From contig CAVXKA010000002.1 in the NCBI GenBank assembly GCA_963762255.1, positions 1,152,001 through 1,216,000 of the forward strand: a stretch of DNA of 64,000 bases, given 5' to 3'. The DNA comes from Candidatus Eiseniibacteriota bacterium. GTDB lineage: Bacteria; Eisenbacteria; RBG-16-71-46; JABDJR01. The notes beneath the pieces were generated by a model. The model did no database searches. It saw only the letters and a list, made by a program, of their open reading frames with translations, and was not told the DNA's origin. Both the position numbers and the translations under genes were made by a program. Below, in pieces: positions 57,116 through 64,000 of this stretch (position 1 is the first letter of the stretch; each line of letters opens with the position of its first letter).

Positions 57116-58513
57116 TCAGCTGCCGCCGCCGAGGGCCTTGTAGAGAGCGATCCGGTTGGCCTTCTCGGCCAGCCGCAGGGCCACGCCCGTCTGTTGCGCG
57201 GAGTAGAGCGAGCGCTGCGCCACCAGAACACCGAGGTAGCCGTCGATCCCGGCTTTGTAGCGGGCGTCGGACAGCCGGAGTGTCTCCTCGAGCGAGACAA
57301 CCAGACGGTCCCAGGCCTGGCTCTGCTCGAGCAGCGTCGAGCGCAGCGTGAGGGCATCGGCGACCTCTGCGAACGCCGACTGGATCGCCTTCTCGTAGCT
57401 GGCAACCGCAATCTCGCGCTCGATCTTCGTCGCCTTCAGATTCGCCCTCGGGCCGCCGCCCCCGAAGATTGGCATCTGGATGAGCGGCGCGTAGCGCCAG
57501 CTATCGGTGTCGGAGGCGAACAGATGAGAGACATCGGGAGAGAGCGTGCCAAGCGCCGCGGTCAGAGAGATGCGCGGAAAGAAAGCGGCGCGCGCGGCGC
57601 CGATGTCGGCATTGGCGGCGCGCAGGTGATGCTCGGCCGCGAGGATGTCGGGGCGCGCAAGTAGGACTTCGGAGGGCAGCCCCGCCGCGAGCGCCGGCAT
57701 GTCGGCGAGCGTGCTCAGCTCCTGAGGCAGGAATTCGTCCGGCAGCGGCGAGCCCACCAGCAACTCGAGGGCGTGGCGATCCGTGTCCACCGCGCCCGCG
57801 AACTCGGCGCGACTCGCCCGCGCCGTCTCGACCAGGCTCTCGACCTGACTCAGATCGAGGTTCGAGGCTACGCCGGCGTCGCGACTTGCCTTCACGAGGT
57901 CACGCGAGGCGGTCTGCGCCTCGATCGTGGCCTCGGCCAGTCGCAGGCGCTCCGTGTCGGCGGCGAGCCTGAGCCAGCTCGAGGCCACCGCAGCCACGAG
58001 CGACATATGTACAGCGCGTTGCGCCTGCTCGGTCGCCAGGTACTGCTCCCGCGCCGCCGACTTCAGGCTGCGCAGGCGCCCGAACAGGTCGATCTCCCAG
58101 GACGTGAACCCGATCTCGACCGCATATTGCTCGGTCGTCTCGGCGTTGCCGGATTCCGTCATCCGCCCGGGCAGTCGCATCTTCTCCCCGGCGGCCTGGA
58201 CGCCGAACGTGGGGGTCAACTGGCTTCGCTGGACCCGGTACATCGCCGCGGCCTTTTCGACATTGAGCGCCGCAATTCTCAGGTCGCGATTGCCGTCAAT
58301 CGCCCGCTCGATCACCGAGCGCAGACGTGCGTCGGCGAAATACTCCTGCCAGCCTAGCGCAGTGGCCCCGCTCGCCGTTGATTCCACTTGCGCGCCGTCC
58401 GGCGCGGGGAACTCGTCGGGAACCGGAAGCGCGGGGCGCTCGTATCCGGGCCTCATCGTGCAGCCGGCCAGGGCGAGCGCGGCCGCGAACACAATCGACG
58501 TTCTCATGTTCAC
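57116..58513 (-). CDS. RND outer-membrane factor lipoprotein (OprM-like)
   Basis: LAGC lipobox, NRDLR.A, SWEIDLFGR, RPDI.AAE, ARAAFFP.ISLT, LYKALGGG. Confidence 0.95.
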   Translation of the reverse strand: MNMRTSIVFAAALALAGCTMRPGYERPALPVPDEFPAPDGAQVESTASGATALGWQEYFADARLRSVIERAIDGNRDLRIAALNVEKAAAMYRVQRSQLTPTFGVQAAGEKMRLPGRMTESGNAETTEQYAVEIGFTSWEIDLFGRLRSLKSAAREQYLATEQAQRAVHMSLVAAVASSWLRLAADTERLRLAEATIEAQTASRDLVKASRDAGVASNLDLSQVESLVETARASRAEFAGAVDTDRHALELLVGSPLPDEFLPQELSTLADMPALAAGLPSEVLLARPDILAAEHHLRAANADIGAARAAFFPRISLTAALGTLSPDVSHLFASDTDSWRYAPLIQMPIFGGGGPRANLKATKIEREIAVASYEKAIQSAFAEVADALTLRSTLLEQSQAWDRLVVSLEETLRLSDARYKAGIDGYLGVLVAQRSLYSAQQTGVALRLAEKANRIALYKALGGGS

Positions 58514-61500
58514 TCCCCCTCCCCCCGGGCGGTTGTCGGGCCCGAACTCACGGCCCCCTCGTCCGGCACGGCGCGCCGCCGCGTGAAGACTTGAACGATG
58601 ACGACGAACAGGAGCGGGATGAAGAGAATCGCGAGGAAGGTCCCACTGATCATCCCGCCGAGGACGCTCGTGCCGATAGCCGACTGCGCTCCCGCGCCGG
58701 CCCCGGTCGCCAACGCGAGCGGCAGCACGCCGAATCCGAACGCCAGCGAGGTCATGACGATCGGCCGCAAGCGCACTCGGGCCGCCAGCAACGTGGCCTC
58801 GATCAGGCCCATCCCCCCTTCACGGTATTGCTTGGCGAACTGCACGATGAGGATGGCGTTTTTGGTGGTCAAGCCGAGCACGGTGAGCAGCCCGATCTGG
58901 AAGTAGACGTCGTTGGGCATCCCGCGTACCGAGGAAGCCACCACGCCCCCCAGCACGCCGAGCGGCAGCACCAGGACGATCGAGATCGGCACCGTCCAAC
59001 TCTCGTAGAGCGCCGCCAGCACCAGGAAGATGGCGAGCACCGAGAACGCGTAGAGCAGACCGGTCTGCGACTCCGCCATGCGCTCCTGGTAGGAGAGGCC
59101 GGTCCACTCGTGGCCGATCCCCTTCGGGAGTTTCGCGATGAGTTCCTCCATCGCCCGCATCGCCTCTCCAGAGCTGCGCCCTGGCGAGGCCTCCCCTTGG
59201 ATGTTGATCGACGGCACCGAGTTGTAGCGCTCGAGACGCGGCGAGCCGGAAACCCATCGCCCGGAAGCGAGCGCCGAGAACGGGACGAGCCCGCCGCGCG
59301 CGCTCGGCAAGTGAAGCCGGTCGAGGTCGGCAGGGAGCATTCGATACGGCGCGTCCGCCTGCGCGTACACGCGCTTGACGCGCCCGCCCTGGACGAAGTC
59401 GCCGATGAAGGCGCTGCCGAACGCACCGGAGAGATAGCTCTGCACGATGCCAGGGGGCACCCCAAGGGCGCCGACCTTCCCCCAATCGATATCGACCTTG
59501 TACTGGGCCACGTCCTCCATGCCCAACGGCCGCACTCGCGTCAGCCGGGGGTCTTGCATCGCCATGCCGAGGAGTTGATTGCGGGCCGCCATGAGCTGGG
59601 TGTGCCCGAGCCCGCCGCGATCCTGAAGCATGAGATCGAATCCGGTCGCCGAGGACAGCTCCGGAATCGCGGGCGGCGGAAACACGTAGACCCGCGCTTC
59701 CCGGATCGCCATGAGCCTCGGCGTCGCGCGCGCCGCGATCGCTTTCACCTTGAGATCCGCGCGCTCGCGCTCCTTCCAGTCCCGCAGCTTGACGAAGATC
59801 ATGGCTTGGTTCTGGCTGCGACCGCCAAAGCTCATACCGGTGATCGCCATGGTGGAGGCCACGGCCTCGCGCTCCGATTCCCGGAAGTAGGCCTGCACCT
59901 GTCGGACCACCGCCTGGGTCTGATCGAGGGTCGAGCCGGGCGGCGTCTGGGCGGAGACCAGCATCATGCCCTGGTCCTCCTCGGGGAGGTAGGCGGTCGG
60001 CATGCGATTGAACAGCACGACCATGCCGGCCACGATGACCAGGAAGACCGCGAAGTAGCGCAAACGCCTACCCAGGACGTGCCCCACCACGCGTTCGTAG
60101 GCGTCTCGCGAGCCATTGAAGAGGCGGTCGAAGCGAAGGAAGAAGGGACGGAGGATGCGGAATCCGGTCTCGGCGGCCTCGTGGCCCTTCTCCACCGGCT
60201 TGAGCAACCCCGCACAGAGGACCGGGGAGAGGATCAATGCCACCACGACCGAAAGCAGCATCGAGGCAACGACCGTAATCGAGAACTGCCGGTAGATGAC
60301 GCCGGTCGATCCCGGGAAGAAGGCCATCGGTCCGAACACCGCGGCCAGCACGAGCCCGATGCCCACCAGTGCGCTCTGGATCTGATCCATCGACCTGGCG
60401 GTCGCTTCACGCGGCGGCAGCCCTTCTTCGCTCATCAGGCGTTCGACGTTTTCGACCACGACGATGGCGTCGTCGACCAGGAGTCCGATGGCGAGGACCA
60501 TCGCGAACATGGTGAGCATGTTGATCGAGAATCCGAACAGCGCGAGTACGCCGAACGTGCCGAGCAGCACCACCGGGACGGCGATCGTGGGGACCAAGGT
60601 CGCGCGGATATTGCCGAGGAAGAGGAACATCACCAGGAAGACCAGGAGGATCGCCTCGAACAACGTCTTGACCACTTCACCGATGGCCACCCGCACGAAG
60701 GGCGTGGTGTCGTAGGGGTAGACGACCCGCATCCCCTCCGGGAAGTACTTCGAGAGGTCCGCCATCGACGCCTTGACCGCGTCGGCCACGTCGAGGGCGT
60801 TGGCCCCGGCGGCCTGGCGTATGGCGAGCGCGGTCGAGGGCTGGCCGTCGTAGTTGATCTTGATGTCGTTCAGCTCCGAGCCGAGCTCGACGCGCGCCAC
60901 GTCGGAGACGCGCACGACCGAACCGTCGGCGTTCATGCGCAACGGAACCGCCGCGAACTCCTCGGGGGTCTTGAGTAACGACTGCACCAGGATCGAGGCG
61001 TTGAGCCGCTGCCCGGCAACGGCCGGGGCGCCGCCGAACTGCCCGGCGGAGATCTCCACGTTGTAGGCGCGAACACCGGCCACCACGTCGGCGACGGTCA
61101 TGCCGTACTGGGTCAACTTGTCGGTGTTGAGCCAGATCCGCATGGAGTAACCGCTGCCGAAGGCCTGAGCCTCGCCCACACCGGGCACGCGCGCGAGCAC
61201 GTTTTGGACGTTGGATACGAGGTAGTCGCCCAGGTCGACGTTGGTCCATGTCGTATCCGAGGTGGTCAGCCCGACGATCATGAGGAAGTTGCGCGTCGAC
61301 TTGCTCACGCTGAGACCGGTCTGCTGCACGACTTCGGGCAGGCTGGGAATGGCCACCTGCAGCTTGTTCTGAACCTTCGCCCAGGCCAGGTCCGGATCGG
61401 TGCCGGGCTCGAAGGTCAGCGTCAACGACGCGGAGCCCGCCGCGTCGCTGGTCGCCTGCATGTAGAGCAGGTGATCGAGGCCGGTCATCTGCTGTTCGAT

Positions 61501-61692
61501 GATCTGGATCACGCTGTTTTCGACGGTCTCCGCCGAGGCTCCGGGATAGAACGCCGAGATCGAGATCGAGGGCGGCGCGACCGGCGGGTACTGAGCGACC
61601 GGCAACTTGTAGATGGCGAGCGCTCCCGCCAGCATCATCACGATGGCGATGACCCAGGCGAAGACCGGACGATCGAGGAAGAATCTGGACAT
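58510..61692 (-). CDS. RND efflux permease (AcrB/MexB-like)
   Basis: MSRFFLDRPVFAWVIAI, GLLVDDAIVVVENVER, KNAILIV, RLRPIVMTSLAF. Confidence 0.97.
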   Translation of the reverse strand: MSRFFLDRPVFAWVIAIVMMLAGALAIYKLPVAQYPPVAPPSISISAFYPGASAETVENSVIQIIEQQMTGLDHLLYMQATSDAAGSASLTLTFEPGTDPDLAWAKVQNKLQVAIPSLPEVVQQTGLSVSKSTRNFLMIVGLTTSDTTWTNVDLGDYLVSNVQNVLARVPGVGEAQAFGSGYSMRIWLNTDKLTQYGMTVADVVAGVRAYNVEISAGQFGGAPAVAGQRLNASILVQSLLKTPEEFAAVPLRMNADGSVVRVSDVARVELGSELNDIKINYDGQPSTALAIRQAAGANALDVADAVKASMADLSKYFPEGMRVVYPYDTTPFVRVAIGEVVKTLFEAILLVFLVMFLFLGNIRATLVPTIAVPVVLLGTFGVLALFGFSINMLTMFAMVLAIGLLVDDAIVVVENVERLMSEEGLPPREATARSMDQIQSALVGIGLVLAAVFGPMAFFPGSTGVIYRQFSITVVASMLLSVVVALILSPVLCAGLLKPVEKGHEAAETGFRILRPFFLRFDRLFNGSRDAYERVVGHVLGRRLRYFAVFLVIVAGMVVLFNRMPTAYLPEEDQGMMLVSAQTPPGSTLDQTQAVVRQVQAYFRESEREAVASTMAITGMSFGGRSQNQAMIFVKLRDWKERERADLKVKAIAARATPRLMAIREARVYVFPPPAIPELSSATGFDLMLQDRGGLGHTQLMAARNQLLGMAMQDPRLTRVRPLGMEDVAQYKVDIDWGKVGALGVPPGIVQSYLSGAFGSAFIGDFVQGGRVKRVYAQADAPYRMLPADLDRLHLPSARGGLVPFSALASGRWVSGSPRLERYNSVPSINIQGEASPGRSSGEAMRAMEELIAKLPKGIGHEWTGLSYQERMAESQTGLLYAFSVLAIFLVLAALYESWTVPISIVLVLPLGVLGGVVASSVRGMPNDVYFQIGLLTVLGLTTKNAILIVQFAKQYREGGMGLIEATLLAARVRLRPIVMTSLAFGFGVLPLALATGAGAGAQSAIGTSVLGGMISGTFLAILFIPLLFVVIVQVFTRRRAVPDEGAVSSGPTTARGEGE

Positions 61693-61701
61693 GGCGGCCC
61701 C

Positions 61702-62970
61702 CTACTTCGCTTCCGGGGTGGAGCCCCCGGAGTCGGCCGGCGCCGTTGAATCGGCCGGCGCGGCTGAGCGAGCCGGTGCAGTCGGACCGGCCACAGAAGC
61801 CGGGGATGCCGCGTTCGATCCGGCGGGGACTCCCTTGGCCGGCACACCCGCACGCACGCTCTGGAGCCCGTCGACGATCAGACGGTCGCCCTCGGAGAGG
61901 CCCTTCTCGACCAACCACTTGTTGCCCATCGCGCGACCGAGTTCAAGCCGGCGCTCCTGGACCGTGCCGTCGGGGCCGAGCACGAGGGCGACCGCGTTGC
62001 CACGCGGGTCGCGCGAAACGCCTTGCTGGGGAGCAAGGATCGCGTTCTCGTCGACGCCCTCCGTGACGATGGCGCGCACGAACATGCCGGGAAGCAGGAC
62101 ATGTTCGGGATTCGGAAAGACCAGGCGCAGGGTCACCGACCCGGTCGAAGGCTCGACCGTGACGTCCTGGAATTTGAGCGTTCCTTCGTGGGCATAGGGC
62201 GTGCCGTCCTCGAGCACGAGCTGCACGCGGCTTGCGGATTCGCCTTCCTGGGTCAGGGCGCCGCTCGACAGCGCGCGACGCAAGCGCAGCAGTTCGGACG
62301 AAGATTGCTGGACATCGACGTACATCGGGTCGAGTTGCTGGATGGTGACGAGCGGCACCGGTTGGTAGGCGGTGACCAGCGCGCCGACGGTCACGCTCGA
62401 TCGGCCGGTGCGCCCGGAGATCGGCGCCTTGATCGGAGTCCAGGCGAGGTTGATGCGGGCACTCTCGAGCGCCGCCCGGCTCGCCGCAACGCTTGCCTCG
62501 GCCCGCAGGGACGCAGCCTCGGCGTCTTCGACGTCCTGATCACCGACGGCATGGATCGCCACCAATCCGCGCAGCCGCTCGGCACGCGCCTGTGCGGACG
62601 GAAGGCCGGCCTCCGCCATCGCCAGCGCCGCCTCGGCTTGGTCGACCGCGGCGCGGTAGGGCGCCGGATCGATCTCGTAGAGCAACTCCCCGGCGCGCAC
62701 GTCGGCGCCCTCCTCGAAGCGGCGCTGCTGTAGGAGGCCGCTCACCTGCGGCCGAACCTCCGCAACCATGTACGGCGCGGTGCGACCGGGCAGTTCGGTG
62801 GTCAGCACCACGCGCTCGGGAACGAGCGTCACGGTGCCCACCTCGGGAGGGCCGGGCGGCGGCCCGGCATCCGGTTTGCCGCAGCCAGCCACGAGCATCG
62901 CCCCGAGAAGCGCGAAGCCGATCGAGAGTTTCCTGAGGATCGTCTGAAGGCCGTGCATGTCGCTCTCCAT
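61702..62970 (-). CDS. RND periplasmic adaptor (AcrA/MexA-like)
   Basis: VAGC lipobox, ELPGRT...AEVRPQVSG, APISGR, NP..LLPGMFV. Confidence 0.95.
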   Translation of the reverse strand: MESDMHGLQTILRKLSIGFALLGAMLVAGCGKPDAGPPPGPPEVGTVTLVPERVVLTTELPGRTAPYMVAEVRPQVSGLLQQRRFEEGADVRAGELLYEIDPAPYRAAVDQAEAALAMAEAGLPSAQARAERLRGLVAIHAVGDQDVEDAEAASLRAEASVAASRAALESARINLAWTPIKAPISGRTGRSSVTVGALVTAYQPVPLVTIQQLDPMYVDVQQSSSELLRLRRALSSGALTQEGESASRVQLVLEDGTPYAHEGTLKFQDVTVEPSTGSVTLRLVFPNPEHVLLPGMFVRAIVTEGVDENAILAPQQGVSRDPRGNAVALVLGPDGTVQERRLELGRAMGNKWLVEKGLSEGDRLIVDGLQSVRAGVPAKGVPAGSNAASPASVAGPTAPARSAAPADSTAPADSGGSTPEAK

Positions 62971-62976
62971 AGGTAT

Positions 62977-63651
62977 TCAGTTTCCGCTTCGATTCCGCTT
63001 TCGGACGGGCTGCCGCGTAGCGCCGAGACGCGGGACGGTTCGGGCGCGACTCGCGGTGATCCCCGAGAGGATCACCCCCACCGCCCCACCGAGCACCTCC
63101 TCCGACCCGCCACTATCCGAATCGAACTGGTTGGGGCGGGAGGCGATGTCGACCGCGCCCGCGAGCGCCACCGCCACGTGACGCGGCGTGCAGGGGCGGA
63201 ACTCGCCGCTCGCCACCCCCTCTTCGACCAGCCGCTCGAAGGACCGGATTCTCTCGAGCGTCAGCGCCCTGAAGTCGAACCGCGATGCCGCCCTCGATCG
63301 CCCCGATACGTACTGGAGGACCGCCCAGGCGAAGCCGGCGAGTTCGCGCCGCAAACCGATATGAGTCAGGCCCACCCGCAGGATGCGCGCGGCGGCAGAT
63401 CCGCCGACGACGAGCGCCTCCTCTTCGGCCACCGCGATCCGCGTGCGGGTCGCGTGAAAGACGGCGAGAAACAGCCCCTCCTTGTTCCCGAAGTGGTGGT
63501 ACAGGGAGGGTGCCGTGACCCCGGCAGCGCTCATGATGTCGCGCACCGAGGTCGCCGCGTAGCCCTTGGAGGCGAAAAGACGCATCGCGGCTTCGAGCAG
63601 CCGCTCGCGGCCGCCCGCGGCTGTAATCGCCTCTGCGCGTCGAGGTGTCAT
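62977..63651 (-). CDS. TetR/AcrR-family regulator
   Basis: RLLEAAMRLFASKGYAATSVRDI...GVTAPSLYHHFGNKEGL; start taken at ATG 63651. Confidence 0.92.
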   Translation of the reverse strand: MTPRRAEAITAAGGRERLLEAAMRLFASKGYAATSVRDIMSAAGVTAPSLYHHFGNKEGLFLAVFHATRTRIAVAEEEALVVGGSAAARILRVGLTHIGLRRELAGFAWAVLQYVSGRSRAASRFDFRALTLERIRSFERLVEEGVASGEFRPCTPRHVAVALAGAVDIASRPNQFDSDSGGSEEVLGGAVGVILSGITASRARTVPRLGATRQPVRKRNRSGN

Positions 63652-63724
63652 CGATCCCTTCGCCTCTGCAGGTCGAGTGTCATCCGTTCGCTTGCCTCGG
63701 CGGGTCCGAGACAGGAGCGGACTA

Positions 63725-63736
63725 TAACGCTCGTTA
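63725..63736. promoter_or_regulatory. Candidate TetR operator
   Basis: Palindrome TAACG-CT-CGTTA about 75 bp upstream of the tetR start, flanked by GGA...TCC. Confidence 0.5.
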
Positions 63737-64000
63737 CACTCCGACGCAAGCGGATTCGCGGCGCGGGGGCAGACCCCGCTTCCACGAAGGGTTATGATCC
63801 CCCGCACCCGCACGGCGGGGGGGAGGAGTGGATGATGATGAGACCTGTCCGGATGTTCGAGGTGTGGTGGCTTCTTCTGGCGGGGACGCTGGCGGCTCGG
63901 GGCGCGGAGGCCCAACTCGAGCGCGACCGGCCGGACCCTCCCGGTGCACCGCCTCTGGTCACCTCCTTCTCCCGCCTGGACGCGGCCGGCTCCGCCGCCG

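Noticed and set aside
54465-60978. Long plus-strand ORFs (762 aa, 883 aa)
   Set aside because: Antisense shadows of the DUF5916 and RND genes, expected from high-GC codon bias.
61702-61830. Short imperfect repeats (APADS) at the end of the adaptor gene
   Set aside because: Ordinary low-complexity Ala/Pro tail common in AcrA-like proteins.
1-64000. CRISPR array, tRNA or rRNA
   Set aside because: No regularly spaced repeats, cloverleaf or rRNA-like sequence noticed on manual reading; not confirmed computationally.

Overview
High-GC bacterial chromosomal window. Ser/Thr kinase-TPR proteins, FlgD-Ig-type C-terminal domains, TonB and OprM genes suggest a diderm FCB-related lineage such as Ca. 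Eisenbacteria or Krumholzibacteria (inference only). Bases 1 to about 9,300 form a decayed accessory island. It holds a deletion-fused Type III-like Res/Mod relic, a broken serine recombinase, a broken cupin, and co-oriented small genes separated by degenerate attC-like hairpins. The rest is mostly ordinary genes: SDR, ychF, MFS transporters, a TonB-ArnT-AsnB cluster, RRM protein plus desaturase, a molybdopterin oxidoreductase with a fused Fe-S/anchor subunit, PP2C phosphatases, DUF134-NifX-methionine gamma-lyase, an SH3-M48-CHASE2 cyclase-cNMP/MscS operon, and a TetR-RND efflux operon. Four signals are missed by the ORF track. (1) A split ORF pair reads through an in-frame UGA as a W-U-H-T-C thioredoxin-TPR lipoprotein with a SECIS-like hairpin (candidate selenoprotein). 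(2) An orphan sigma-54 promoter precedes a ~105-nt structured, U-tailed candidate sRNA. (3) A shared promoter-embedded palindrome defines a candidate DUF134 regulon. (4) A desaturase has a conserved N-terminus with no canonical start codon. All calls are from reading the sequence; no database searches were run.
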